Notes: generated by a model not told the origin, from the sequence alone. A stretch of DNA of 64,000 bases from an uncultured Acidimicrobiaceae bacterium (GCA_963745175.1 CAVUWK010000006.1:143513-207512), one strand, 5' to 3'; shown: positions 1 to 10,318, counted from the stretch's first letter. Made by a program: numbers and translations.

Positions 1-194
1 ACGTCGACGCCGACCCGGTAGCCCTCCTGCGCCATGCCCATCCTCCCGGACCCGCCCCCGGCGGGACGGGCGAGGCACGATCCTAACCTGACAGCAGCGT
101 CAGCAATTGGGGTCGCCGCCACGCTACGTTTGCCCGATGCCCGTCTGGCTGAGCGACACAGGAGTACGCCACGCTGCGGGCCGCCTGCGCCCAG

Positions 195-701
195 ATGCTG
201 CCCTCCGGCGAGGGCACCCCGGGGGCGGAGGAGGCCGGCGTGGCCGACTACATCGACGGCTTCCTCGGGGCCTTCTCCTTCGACCCGCCCCGCATCTGGG
301 CGGGCGGCCCGACCTCGGGGCGCAAGGGCGGCGTGGCCGGGTTCGCCACCTTCCACCGCCTGTCCCCGCTGGACGAGCTGGCCTGGCGCATGCGGATCGA
401 GGGCTCCCAGGGGCGGCCCGAGCGCGAGTTCAACGGGCCGGTCGTGGGGCTCCAGCAGCGCTACCGGGAGGGGCTGGCCGCGCTGGGGGCCGACTTCACC
501 GAGGTCGACGGCCGCGAGCAACGCCGCCGCCTGCGCGACGACGAGGACTTCTGCGAGCTCCTGTGGGAGCACTGCTGCGAGGGCATGTACGGCGCGCCCG
601 AGTACGGCGGCAACCGGGACACCGTCGGCTGGGACTACATCGACTACGAGGGCGACGTGCAGCCACGCGGCTACAGCGACGCCGAGGTGTCGCAGCCGTG
701 A
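195..701 (+). CDS. gluconate 2-dehydrogenase subunit 3 family protein (small partner of the downstream GMC flavoprotein)
   Basis: 168-aa ORF. Motif LPSGEGTPGAEEAGVADYIDGFL is typical of this family. Its stop overlaps the GTG of the next gene (GTGA at 698-701). A family-like N-terminus, MPVWLSDT.EYATLRAACAQ, starts at ATG 137 in another frame, suggesting a 1-nt insertion near 161. Confidence 0.6.
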   Translation: MLPSGEGTPGAEEAGVADYIDGFLGAFSFDPPRIWAGGPTSGRKGGVAGFATFHRLSPLDELAWRMRIEGSQGRPEREFNGPVVGLQQRYREGLAALGADFTEVDGREQRRRLRDDEDFCELLWEHCCEGMYGAPEYGGNRDTVGWDYIDYEGDVQPRGYSDAEVSQP

Positions 702-2411
702 CGCCCAGCGCCATCATCATCGGCTCCGGCCCCGGGGGCGCCACGGCGGCCGAGGTGCTGACCCGGGCCGGGCTGGTCCGTCGTCATCATGGAGAAGGGC
801 CGCAACCATCTGCTCGACCCCGACGACCTGACCAAGCCGGCGGGCGACTACTCCAACGACGAGATCAAGTTCGTCTCGCGCTACTTCCTCGGGCCCGACC
901 CGCTCGTCGAGCCGCGGGCCTTCCGCCGCTCGGCGGACGAGGGCGAGCACACGCACGTCGGCGAGGTGAACTCCATCCCGACGACGGTCGGGGGCGGCGG
1001 GACCCACGCCGACGGCAAGGTGCCGCGCTTCCGGGAGGAGGACTTCGGGCTCTTCTCCACCTACGGCCCGCAGGAGGGCGCCGCGGTCGACGACTGGCCG
1101 CTCGACTACGACGAGCTCGAGCCGTACTACGCCGAGGTCGAGCGGGCCATCGGCGTCTCTGGCCGCGAGGGCGCCAACCCGTTCGCCGCCTGGCGGTCCG
1201 GCCCCTACCCGATGCCCCCCGGGGCGCCGATGTACGGCGCCGTGCTGTCGTCGGCCGCCGCCGAGAAGGTCGGCCTGCACCCCTACGAGGCGCCGACGGC
1301 GGCCAACAGCATCGCCTACGACGGGCGGCCGGCCTGCAACAACTGCGGCTTCTGCGCCTTCTTCGGCTGCCCCATCCACGCCAAGGGCGACCCGGTGGCG
1401 CTGCTGACCAGGGCCATGGCCACGGGGCGGGCCGAGCTGATGGCCGAGACCTACGTGAGCCGCATCGTCACCGAGGGCCGGCGGGCCACCGGCGTCGAGT
1501 TCATGGGGCCGGACGGGGTCACGCACACCAGGGAAGCCGAGCTGGTCATCGTGGCGGGCGGGCGCCATCGAGACGCCGCGCCTCCTCCTCCTCTCGGGGC
1601 TGGAGCACCCGGCGCTCGGCAAGTACCTGATGGTGCACTTCCAGACGATCGTCGTCGGGCACTTCCCGAACCTGCGCCTGCACCCGCACAAGGGCCGCTC
1701 CGTCACCCACGTGCACGACGACGCCATGGTCCAGGACGACCGGACGCGCGAGGCGGCGGCCGGCGCCGGCCTGCCGTGGTTCCGCGGCGGCCTGGTCGAG
1801 CACAGCGGGGGCGGCCTGCCGATCATGGCGGCGCGCCACTCGCCCTGGGGGCGCCAGCACGCCCAGGCCATGCGCGAGTCGAACCTGCGCGAGCGCATGT
1901 GGGCCTTCATCATGCAGGGCGAGGACCTGCCCTACGCCACCAACACGGTCGACCTGAGCCCCTCCATCCGCGACGCCCGCGGCTTCCCGGTGGCCCGCGT
2001 GACCTACCAGCCGGGCCACCACGAGCTGGCGGCGTCGAAGTACCACGGCAAGATCCTCCAGTCGGTGCTGGAGGAGATGGGCGCCGAATGGGTGATCCAC
2101 ACCTCCTCGCCGGGCGTCTCGTACCACGGGATCGGCGCGACGCCGATCCCCGAGAGCCGCCACGTCATGGGCACGGTGCGCATGGGGGACAACCCCGACA
2201 CCTCGGTGGTGGACCGCTGGGGGAGGGTGCACGCGCTCGACAACGTCGTCGTCGCCGACTCCTCGGTCTTCGTCACCTCCAGCGGCTACGGCCCGACGCT
2301 GACGCTGGTCGCCCTGGCGGCCCGGGCGGCGCACCACCTGGCGGGCCGCGCCGGCACCACCTGCAGCCCGGAACCATCGCCCTCGACCTCACCAACTGCC
2401 CGGGGCGATAG
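698..2411 (+). pseudogene. GMC family FAD-dependent oxidoreductase (gluconate 2-dehydrogenase flavoprotein-like), split over three frames
   Basis: N-terminus VTPSAIIIGSGPGGATAAEVLTRAGL (GxGxxG) is in frame 2. It continues as SVVIMEKGRNH...VIVAGG in frame 0, then as AIETPRLLLLSGLEHP...TLTLVALAARAAHHL in frame 1. Apparent 1-nt insertions lie near 776 and 1559. The true 3' end is unclear: the in-frame stop is only at 2763, and 2411 is the nearest alternative-frame stop. Confidence 0.7.
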
Positions 2412-3680
2412 CGACCCGGCCAGTTCGAGGCCAGGCTCAGCGAGGTCAGCGCCGCGGGTGAGCAGCATGGTGCCGGCGATCGGCCCGCCACCGTTGGCCA
2501 CGGCGGCCACCTCGGGGTTCCGGCCGCCCGGCCGCACCACCTGGCGCTCGCCGCCCTCGCCGCGCAGCTGGACGCAGGCCTCGTGGATGAGGGAGAACCC
2601 GTGCAGGCGCCCGCCCGAGAGCTGGCCTCCCGCCGTGTTCAGCGGCAGCAGGCCGTCGCGGGCGATGTTGGCGCCGCCCTCGATGAAGGGCCCGCTCTCG
2701 CCGCGGCCGCAGAACCCGAGCGCCTCGAGCCAGACGATGGTGAGCACGCTGAAGCCGTCGTAGAGCTGCGCGGTGTCGACGTCGGCCGGCGTGAGCTCGG
2801 TGCGCTCCCACATGGAGGCGGCCGCGTCGCGCGCCGCCATCGTCGTCATGTCGTCGAACTGGTCCCAGCTCGGCCGGCCCCGCAGCGCGGTGCCGACCGC
2901 GTTGATCTGCACGGCGGGGTGGTCGAGGTCGCCGGCCACGTCGCGGTGCGACACGATGACCGCCGTCGAGCCGTCGCACGGCGCGTCGCAGTCGAAGAGG
3001 CACAGCGGCGTGGTGATCATGCGCGCCGCCAGGTAGTCGTCCATCGACATGGGGTCCGTGTAGACGGCCTTGGGGTTGAGGGCGGCGTTGCGCCGTCCGT
3101 TGATGGCGATCTGGCCCAGCTGCTCGCGGGTCAGGCCGAACTCGTGCATGCGGCGCTGGCCCACCATGGCGATCCAGTTGGCCGCCGAGACGGCGCCGTA
3201 GGGGAGCGACCACTGCATGAAGCTGCCGAAGCGGGGGACCGAGCCTCCGCCGCCCCCGCCGATCCCGCCCATGGGCTGGCGGCCGCCGGTGCCCTGGGCG
3301 CTGCCCTCGGTGACGGTGCGGTAGACGAGGACGTGCCGGGCCAGGCCCGCCGCCACGGCCAGCGAGGCGGCGATGACGGCGCGCATCTGCCCGGCGCCCT
3401 CGCCCCCGCCGTCGTGCCAGTTCAGGGACAGGCCCAGGGCGTCCTGGACCTCGGGCGTGGTCGGGCCGGCGAACCCGGGCGTGCCCGCCCCCATGCCGGG
3501 GTAGGTCGAGAGCCCGTCGATGTCGTCGCGGGTCAGCCCGGCGTCGGCGATGGCGGCCAGGCCCGCCTCCACCGTCAGGTCGAGGTCGGAGCGCCCCAGC
3601 CGGCGGCCGACGTCGGACTGCCCGATGCCCGAGATGACGGCCCGCCGCTCCAGCGGCTCCTCGGCCGGGCGCGGGCTCAC
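2286..3680 (-). CDS. SCP-x / lipid-transfer-type thiolase (acetyl-CoA acetyltransferase-like)
   Basis: Begins VSPRPAEEPLERRAVISGIGQSDVGRR at GTG 3680 and runs to ...ANGGGPIAGTMLLTRGA. The GTG overlaps the out-of-frame TGA of the upstream DUF35 reading frame (GTGA). A TGA lies one base out of frame right after ...LLTRGA (2446-2448). The 54-aa tail down to 2286 is therefore probably stop-loss from a 1-nt deletion. Confidence 0.8.
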   Translation of the reverse strand: MSPRPAEEPLERRAVISGIGQSDVGRRLGRSDLDLTVEAGLAAIADAGLTRDDIDGLSTYPGMGAGTPGFAGPTTPEVQDALGLSLNWHDGGGEGAGQMRAVIAASLAVAAGLARHVLVYRTVTEGSAQGTGGRQPMGGIGGGGGGSVPRFGSFMQWSLPYGAVSAANWIAMVGQRRMHEFGLTREQLGQIAINGRRNAALNPKAVYTDPMSMDDYLAARMITTPLCLFDCDAPCDGSTAVIVSHRDVAGDLDHPAVQINAVGTALRGRPSWDQFDDMTTMAARDAAASMWERTELTPADVDTAQLYDGFSVLTIVWLEALGFCGRGESGPFIEGGANIARDGLLPLNTAGGQLSGGRLHGFSLIHEACVQLRGEGGERQVVRPGGRNPEVAAVANGGGPIAGTMLLTRGADLAEPGLELAGSLSPRAVGEVEGDGSGLQVVPARPARWCAARAARATSVSVGP

Positions 3681-4100
3681 GACGCGTCCTCCGCCGGCGT
3701 GAAGAGCGGGAGCCAGACGTCCTCGACGTGCTCGAACAGCGACGCGCACCGGCATGCCGATGCGCACGTCCTCGGGCTCCACGTCGACCAGGTTCGTCGT
3801 CAGGCGGACGTCGGGCTGCTCGTCGATCGACACCCAGGCGATGATGTAGGGGTCGCTCCCGGGGATCCACTGCTGGTAGTTGACGGTGAACGTCTCGACG
3901 TGGCCCCGGCCGCTGACCTCCTGGGGCCCGAGGTCGCGCGAGAGGCAGCGCGGGCAGACCGGTCCCGGCGGGTGGATGAAGAACCCGCAGGCGTTGCAGC
4001 GCAGCAGGCGCAGCACGCCGTCCGCGCCGGAGGTCCAGAAGAAGGTGACGTCGTCGCTGAGGCGCGGCAGGAGACGCAGCATCGGGCCGTTGGCAACCAT
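3677..4100 (-). pseudogene. DUF35 OB-fold / zinc-ribbon acyl-CoA-associated protein; C-terminal frameshift fuses it in-frame to the thiolase ORF
   Basis: LPRLSDDVTFFWTSGADGVLRLLRCNACGFFIHPPGPVCPRC... is a typical DUF35. After MPVRV the family-like end FEHVEDVWLPLFTPAEDAS-stop (TGA 3677-3679) is one base out of frame, from an insertion near 3737-3740. The start (4100, 4082 or TTG 4127) is uncertain. Confidence 0.7.
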
Positions 4101-4163
4101 GGCGGCATGTTGGCACAGGCGCGGCAACCAGTGCCCACCGGCCGTGCGGCGGCCGGGGTTCCC

Positions 4164-4779
4164 TCAGCCTCCGAGCACGCCAGCCGACACGAGCGCGTCC
4201 CGGGCGCCGCCGACACCGCGCACGTGCCGGGCGGCGAAACCCGCTGCCTCGGCCGCGTCCACGTTGACCGCGTTGTCGTCGAGGAAGAGCACCCGGTCGC
4301 GCGCGACCGGCAGGCGCGCCGCCACGGCGTCGAAGATGGCGGCGTCGGGCTTGACCAGCCCGAGCTCGAAGGAGAGGAAGCGGAAGTCGAAGGCCTCGGT
4401 CAGCGGGATCGCCTCGTAGTTGGCCTCCCACTGGAACGCGTTCATGTTCGAGAGGAACCCGGCTGGCACGGTCGCCCTGCACCTCGGTCACGAGCTCGAG
4501 CGCTCCCGCAGAGGGAGGCTCGGGCCAGCCGCCGAACTCCCGGAGGAAGGCGGCCGGCTCCAGGTCCAGCCCCCAGTCCTCCACCACCCCGGCGGCGAAC
4601 TCCTCGGGCGTGCACCGCCCTGCCTCGAAGCGGCGCACCCAGCGGCAGCCGAGCCAGCGGCTCCACAGCACCTCGTCGCTGCCGAGGCCGCTCAATTCCC
4701 GCATCGGCGCCACACCGCCGGGTTCGATGAGCACCCCGCCCAGGTCGAAGAGGACGAGCTCGGTCGGGGCTCCCGTCAC
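4164..4779 (-). pseudogene. HAD-superfamily hydrolase, frameshifted
   Basis: N-terminus MTGAPTELVLFDLGGVLIEPGG carries the DxG HAD motif I in one frame. The C-terminus PAGFLSNMNAFQWE...LFLDDNAVNVDAAEAAGF (motifs II-IV) is in the ORF 4164..4469. The junction lies near 4470-4473. Confidence 0.7.
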
Positions 4780-4868
4780 GACTCCGATGCTAAGCGTGAT
4801 CGGTCCGCGAGTTGAGTCCGCTTCTTTTTCCGGGGCAGGATGGGTGTACCGAGGAAAGGGAGGACCGC

Positions 4869-5984
4869 GTGAAGCTGTCCATGACGCTGAGCTACGCCGG
4901 CGGGTTCGCCGAATCCGCCCGCCAGGCGGCCGAGCTGGAGAAGGTCGGGCTGGACGTCGTCTGGGTGGCCGAGGCCTACAGCTTCGACGCCCCGAGCTTC
5001 ATGGGGTTCCTGGCCGCCAAGACCGAGCGGGTGGAGATCGGCTCGGCCATCCTGCCCATCTACAGCCGCACGCCGACGTTGATCGCCATGACGGCGGCCG
5101 GCGTCGACGCCATCTCGGGCGGCCGTTGCATCCTCGGGCTCGGAGCCTCGGGTCCCCAGGTGATCGAGGGCTTCCACGGCGTCCCCTACGACCGCCCGCT
5201 CACCCGCACGCGCGAGATCATCGAGATCTGCCGCGACGTGTGGGCCCGCGAGGCCCCGCTCACCCACGACGGCGCGGCGTACCAGATCCCCCTGCCGGCC
5301 GGTGAGGGGACGGGACTGGGCAAGCCCCTCAAGCTGATCAACCACCCGGTGCGGTCCCGCATCCCGATCTGGGTGGCCGCGCTCGGCGAGAAGAACGTCG
5401 CCATGACGGCCGAGGTGGCCGATGGCTGGCTCCCCATCTTCTTCATCCCCGAGAAGGTCAAGGAGGTCTTCGGGCCTTCGCTCGACGCCGGCGCCGCCAA
5501 GCGGGACCCCTCGCTCGACACCCTGCAGATCGCGGCCGGCGGCATCTTCGCCATCGGCGAGCACGCGGAGGTCGCGTCCATCCGCGACATGGGGCGCAGT
5601 GGCGCTGCGCTCTACATCGGCGGCATGGGCGCCAAGGGGAAGAACTTCTACAACGCGCTGGCCCGTCGTTACGGCTACGAGAAGGAGGCCGCCGAGATCC
5701 AGGACCTCTACCTGTCGGGCAAGAAGGCGGAGGCGGCGGCGCTGGTGCCGGCGGAGCTTCTCGAGGCCACGTCGCTCTGCGGGCCCGAGTCCTACATCAA
5801 GGAGCGCGTCGCCGCCCTGGCCGAGGTGGGGGTGACCCACCTCAACGTGAATCCCGTCGGCCCCGATCCTGTCGCCATGATCGAAAAGCTGCGAAGCTGG
5901 GTTAGCGTCTCGAGCTATGCACGACATGATCATCCGCGGCGGCACGATCGCCGACGGATCAGGACAGCCGACCCGGGAGGGTGA
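4869..5984 (+). CDS. LLM class F420-dependent oxidoreductase
   Basis: VKLSMTLSYAGGFAESARQAAELEKVGLDVVWVAEAYSFDAPSFMGFL... A GTG at 4869 follows GAAAGGGAGG. The last ~25 aa overlap the next gene by 68 nt, so the real stop may be near ...EKLRSWV (about 5903). Confidence 0.85.
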   Translation: MKLSMTLSYAGGFAESARQAAELEKVGLDVVWVAEAYSFDAPSFMGFLAAKTERVEIGSAILPIYSRTPTLIAMTAAGVDAISGGRCILGLGASGPQVIEGFHGVPYDRPLTRTREIIEICRDVWAREAPLTHDGAAYQIPLPAGEGTGLGKPLKLINHPVRSRIPIWVAALGEKNVAMTAEVADGWLPIFFIPEKVKEVFGPSLDAGAAKRDPSLDTLQIAAGGIFAIGEHAEVASIRDMGRSGAALYIGGMGAKGKNFYNALARRYGYEKEAAEIQDLYLSGKKAEAAALVPAELLEATSLCGPESYIKERVAALAEVGVTHLNVNPVGPDPVAMIEKLRSWVSVSSYARHDHPRRHDRRRIRTADPGG

Positions 5985-7626
5985 CGTCGCGATCGACGGC
6001 AGCATCGTGACCGCGGTGGGCGAGGTCGAGGGGCCGGCCCGCCGGGTCATCGACGCGGACGGCCTGCTCGTCACGCCCGGCTGGGTCGACATCCACACCC
6101 ACTACGACGGCCAGGCCACCTGGGACCCGGAGGTCTCGCCGTCGGGCTGGCACGGGGTCACCACGGTCGTCATGGGCAACTGCGGCGTGGGGTTCGCGCC
6201 GGCCCGGGAGTCCGACCGCGCCTGGCTGATCCAGTTGATGGAGGGAGTCGAGGACATCCCTGGCACCGCGTTGGCCGAGGGGATGAACTGGAACTGGGAG
6301 ACCTTCGGGGAGTACCTCGACGAGGTGGAGCGGACCGATCGCGTGCTCGACGTGGCAGCCCTCGTCCCCCACGGCGCGCTGCGGGCGTACGTCCTCGGCG
6401 AGGGCCGGGCCAACGACACGGCCAACGGCGGGGAGATCGCCGAGATGGCGGCGCTGGTCCGCGAGGCCGTCCAGGCCGGCGCCATCGGGGCGTCGACCAC
6501 GCGGACGATCCTGCACCGGGCCAAGGACGGTGAGCTGGCTGCGGGCACCAACGCCGCGGCAGAGGAGCTCATCGCCATCGGCGAGGCGCTGGGCAAGGCG
6601 GGGCACCGGGTCTTCTCGTTGGCCAGCGACATGTGGGACCTCGACCACGAGTTCGCCTGGATGTCGGAGATCTCCAGCCGCGCCGGCGTGCCGGTGACCT
6701 ACCAGGTGCTCCAGGCCGACTTCTCGCCGGACCTGTGGCGCGAGTGGATCGACCGTGGCGTGGCCGCCAACCGGCGGGGGGCCTGGCTGGTGCCACAGGT
6801 GGCGGGCAAGCCGACGTCGCTGATGGTCGGCTTCCAGTCCGTCATCCACCCCTTTGCCGACCACCGGGCCTACCTGGAGATCGCGCACCTGCCGCTGCCG
6901 GAGCGGGTGGCCCGCCTGCGCACACCCGAGGTGCGCGCCGCGATCCTCTCGGAGGAGCCCAACCCTGGTGGGTTCGTCCAGCTGCTGCGGGGCAACCTCC
7001 ACAAGCTGTTCCCGCTGGGCGATCCGCCCGACTACGAGCCGCCGCCCGAACGCAGCGTCACCGCCCTCGCCGCCGCGCAGGGGAGGACGACCGACGAGGT
7101 CCTCTACGACCTGATGCTCCAGCGCGACGGCAAGGAGCTCCTCTATCTGCCGCTGCTCGACTACTCGGCGTGCAACCTCGACGCCGTACGCGAGATGCTC
7201 GTGCACCCCGCCACGGTCCTGGGCCTGGGCGACGGCGGCGCCCACTGCGGCGTGCTCTGCGACGCCAGCCTGCCGACGTTCATGCTCACCCACTGGGCCC
7301 GCGACCGCAGCCGGGGCGACGGGCTGCCCGTCGAGACCGTGGTGCACCTCCAGACGCGCCGCACGGCCGAGCTCTACGGTTTCCGCGACCGCGGCCTGCT
7401 GGCACCGGGCCATCTGGCCGACGTCAACATCATCGACCACGGCGCGCTCGCCCTCGAGCCCCCCGAGATGGTCTACGACCTGCCGGCGTCCGGCAAGCGG
7501 CTCGTGCAGCGCGCCCGGGGGTACGTGGCGACGGTCAAGTCGGGCACGGTGGTACGGGAGCACGACGAGGCGACGGGGGAGCGGCCGGGACGCCTTCTGC
7601 GCGGCCCACAGCCCCAACCCGGCTGA
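5917..7626 (+). CDS. N-acyl-D-amino-acid deacylase (D-aminoacylase) family amidohydrolase, paralog 1
   Basis: 569 aa: MHDMIIRGGTIADGSG...LLVTPGWVDIHTHYDGQATWD...VMGNCGVGFAPA. Confidence 0.9.
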   Translation: MHDMIIRGGTIADGSGQPTREGDVAIDGSIVTAVGEVEGPARRVIDADGLLVTPGWVDIHTHYDGQATWDPEVSPSGWHGVTTVVMGNCGVGFAPARESDRAWLIQLMEGVEDIPGTALAEGMNWNWETFGEYLDEVERTDRVLDVAALVPHGALRAYVLGEGRANDTANGGEIAEMAALVREAVQAGAIGASTTRTILHRAKDGELAAGTNAAAEELIAIGEALGKAGHRVFSLASDMWDLDHEFAWMSEISSRAGVPVTYQVLQADFSPDLWREWIDRGVAANRRGAWLVPQVAGKPTSLMVGFQSVIHPFADHRAYLEIAHLPLPERVARLRTPEVRAAILSEEPNPGGFVQLLRGNLHKLFPLGDPPDYEPPPERSVTALAAAQGRTTDEVLYDLMLQRDGKELLYLPLLDYSACNLDAVREMLVHPATVLGLGDGGAHCGVLCDASLPTFMLTHWARDRSRGDGLPVETVVHLQTRRTAELYGFRDRGLLAPGHLADVNIIDHGALALEPPEMVYDLPASGKRLVQRARGYVATVKSGTVVREHDEATGERPGRLLRGPQPQPG

Positions 7627-7650
7627 TCCGGCCCGCCAGAGGCCGCCTCG

Positions 7651-9147
7651 TCAGCGCGGTTCGGCGGCCCGCAACGCGTCGGCGAAGCCCCGCACCCGGA
7701 GCGCGGTGATGTGCTCGCCGTCGGTCTCGAAGACGTCACGCACCGAGGAGGTTGAGCCGCCGAGGTCGACGTCGATGTCCACCGTGACGGTCGTGCCGTC
7801 CACCTGCGGGGGTCCGGGGGTGGGCCGGAAGTCCTCGTGCACGAAGGTGTGTTCGTTGTAGTAAGCGAGGATGTCGTCGTGCCCGCGGCGGCGGTCGCCG
7901 TCGACGTCGAACGTTGCGTCGGGGGCGAACAGGCCGCGCAGCATGTCGACGTCCTGCGCGGTGACGGCTGCGAAGTAGTCGTCGATGATCCCCGCCGGGG
8001 CCGGCCGACGCGATGGGAGGCGGTAGATCCGCCGGGCGTTGACCCCGAGCACTTTGGCCTGGACCGCGGTGGGGCACGGCGCGATGGTGGTCCGGAGGGC
8101 CGCGACCGCCCCGGGGAAGGTGGCGTCGTGGTGCGGGTAGTCGCTGCCCCACACGATGCGGTCGGCTCCGACGAAGGGCGCGAGGGCGGGCAGGGTGTGC
8201 TCGTCCACCTCGAAACTGATGGCGCACTGGCGGGCGAAATAGGCCGACGGGGCCACGGTGAGATCGGGGCAGAAGCCGCCGAAGGAGCCCGCCTGCTCGT
8301 CCAGGCGCTCGAGCCAGAACGGCGCCCAGCCGCCCGAGGACTCCAAGAAGATCACGCGCAGCCCCGGGTGGCGCTCGAGCACACCGAAGGCGACGAGCTG
8401 GGCACAGGCGAGCATCGACTCGAACGCGTGCGACACGGCGTGGAGGATCAGCGGGTTGAAGGGGCGGTCCGAGCCGAGCGTCGGCACGATCACCGAGCTG
8501 CCCTCGTGTACGGCGATCGGCACGTCGAGCTCCTCGGCAACGTCCCACAGCGGGTCGTAGGCGCGGTCGCACAGCGAACGGCCGAGGCAGGGGTTCGGAC
8601 GGACGAAGCCGGCCACGAAGCCGAGCTGGGTGACCGCCCGGCGCAGCTCGTGGGCCGCCGCGGCCGGGTCTTGCAGCGGCAGCATGGCGGCGCCGAAGAG
8701 GCGGGCCCCGTCCGCGGCGCAGTACCCGGCGAGCCAGTCGTTGTAGGCGACGGCCAGCCCCACCGCCGCCCCCGCGTCCTCGACGACGGAGAAGTACAGC
8801 CCGATGGTCGGGAAGAGCACGGCCTGGTCGATGCCCTCGGTGTCCATGTCGGCCAGCCGGGCCGACGGGTTGCTGCCGCCGGGCAGCGCGTCGGCCAGCG
8901 GGCGGAAGGCCGCCGGGTCGTCGAAGGCCGAGCCCGGCCGGGCCAGGGTCCCCAGCGGGACGGCCAAGATCTCGGTGCCGCCGACCGTCACGTGCTCGTA
9001 GCCGTGCGCGTCGGCAGTGATCAGGGGCCGGTGCGCATCGGGCAGGTCCGCCCAGGCGGCCAGGGGCTCGACGACGTGGCCGTCGGCGTCGACGACGGGC
9101 CCGGCCCCCGGCGGCAGCGGCAACGTCTGCGGTCCGCCCGCTGTCAT
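7651..9147 (-). CDS. amidohydrolase_2 (ACMSD-like) domain fused to a C-terminal SnoaL/NTF2-like domain
   Basis: MTAGGPQ...VVDADGHVVEP...WGSDYPHHDATFPG is the amidohydrolase_2 signature. About 110 aa then follow, IIDDYFAAVTAQDVDMLRGLFAPDATFDVDG...ITALRVRG, which is NTF2-like. ATG 9147 lies 1 nt after the upstream gene's stop. Confidence 0.8.
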   Translation of the reverse strand: MTAGGPQTLPLPPGAGPVVDADGHVVEPLAAWADLPDAHRPLITADAHGYEHVTVGGTEILAVPLGTLARPGSAFDDPAAFRPLADALPGGSNPSARLADMDTEGIDQAVLFPTIGLYFSVVEDAGAAVGLAVAYNDWLAGYCAADGARLFGAAMLPLQDPAAAAHELRRAVTQLGFVAGFVRPNPCLGRSLCDRAYDPLWDVAEELDVPIAVHEGSSVIVPTLGSDRPFNPLILHAVSHAFESMLACAQLVAFGVLERHPGLRVIFLESSGGWAPFWLERLDEQAGSFGGFCPDLTVAPSAYFARQCAISFEVDEHTLPALAPFVGADRIVWGSDYPHHDATFPGAVAALRTTIAPCPTAVQAKVLGVNARRIYRLPSRRPAPAGIIDDYFAAVTAQDVDMLRGLFAPDATFDVDGDRRRGHDDILAYYNEHTFVHEDFRPTPGPPQVDGTTVTVDIDVDLGGSTSSVRDVFETDGEHITALRVRGFADALRAAEPR

Positions 9148-9148
9148 G

Positions 9149-10318
9149 TCAGGAGAGCGGTGCCGGCGCGCGCCAGTCGTCGGCGGGGGGGAGTGGGTGG
9201 CGGAACAGCCGGCTGGCGTTGCCCCCGGCCACCGCCCGCAGCTCATCATCGGGGATCGCGCCCCACGTGTCCGCGAGGACGCGCTGGGTGTCCGGCCACG
9301 ACGAGTCGGCGTGCGGGTAATCGCTCTCCACCATGATGTGGTCGAGGCCGATCACGTGGCGCTGCGACACCGCGGAAGGGTCGTCGATGGAACAGAACCA
9401 GAAGTTCCGGCGGAGTACCTCGCTCGGCAACAGGTCCGAGGGCCAGGCGTTGCTCTCGGTGCCCGACGCCGAGTGCCCCAGCACGTAGTCGGCGCGGTCC
9501 ATCAGCATGGGCACCCACCCGATGCCGCCCTCGGACATGGCGATCTGCAGTGCGGGGAAACGCAGCGGCACGCCCGACCACAGCCACTCACCGGCCGCCA
9601 GCAGGGCGTTGACCGGGAACACGGTCGGGAGGAGCTCGAAGGGCGGGTCGGGCGAGGGGAGGGGCGCCCAGCCCGACGCGCCGGTGTGCAGGCACACGAC
9701 CGTGCCGGTCTCCGCACAGGCGGCGAAGAAGGGGTCCCAGCGCCCGCTGAAGATGGAGGGCAGCTGCAGCTGGGCCGGGAACTCGGGGAAGCTGACGGCC
9801 TTGAAGCCTCGGGCCGCGTTGGCCCGTACCTCGGCGGCGGCGATCTCGATGTCGGCCAACCAGGGGAGCTGGAGAGGGATGATGCGCTCGGGGTGGCTGC
9901 CCGCCCACACCTCCAGGTGCCAGTCGTTGAAGGCGCGCAGGCAGGCCAGGCCGAGATCGCCGTCCTTCGCCCGCGAGTAGACCGCGCCGCAGAATCCCGA
10001 CACGAGCGACGGGAAGCACAGGGAGGCCCAGATGCCGGCGCTGTCCATGTCGAGAACCCGCGCCTCGATGTCGAAGCAGCCCGGGCGCATCTCGTCGAAC
10101 CGGGCCGGCTCCATGCTCCATTCCTCGCGCGGCCGGCCCACCACGGCGTTGAGTCCCACGTTGGGGTAGTGGTTGCCCTCGAAGACCCAGCTCTGCGTCC
10201 CGTCGTCCTGCTCCACCACGCGCGGCGCCCCGTCGGCGAGCCCGGCGGGCAGGCGATGCTCGAAGAGGCCGGGCGGCTCGATCAGGTGGTCGTCGACCGA
10301 GATCACAGGGACGCGCAC
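9149..10318 (-). CDS. amidohydrolase family 2 protein
   Basis: VRVPVISVDDHLIEPPGLFEHRLP...LHTGASGW...VESDYPHADSSWPD. This is the C-terminal part of the 876-aa shadow ORF 9149..11779. GTG 10318 is the first plausible start. Confidence 0.8.
   Translation of the reverse strand: MRVPVISVDDHLIEPPGLFEHRLPAGLADGAPRVVEQDDGTQSWVFEGNHYPNVGLNAVVGRPREEWSMEPARFDEMRPGCFDIEARVLDMDSAGIWASLCFPSLVSGFCGAVYSRAKDGDLGLACLRAFNDWHLEVWAGSHPERIIPLQLPWLADIEIAAAEVRANAARGFKAVSFPEFPAQLQLPSIFSGRWDPFFAACAETGTVVCLHTGASGWAPLPSPDPPFELLPTVFPVNALLAAGEWLWSGVPLRFPALQIAMSEGGIGWVPMLMDRADYVLGHSASGTESNAWPSDLLPSEVLRRNFWFCSIDDPSAVSQRHVIGLDHIMVESDYPHADSSWPDTQRVLADTWGAIPDDELRAVAGGNASRLFRHPLPPADDWRAPAPLS

Noticed and set aside
1-136. Possible gene start on the minus strand at the left edge (MGMAQEGYRVGVDV...)
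   Set aside because: Only about 15 codons lie in the window and there is no recognisable motif, so it cannot be supported.
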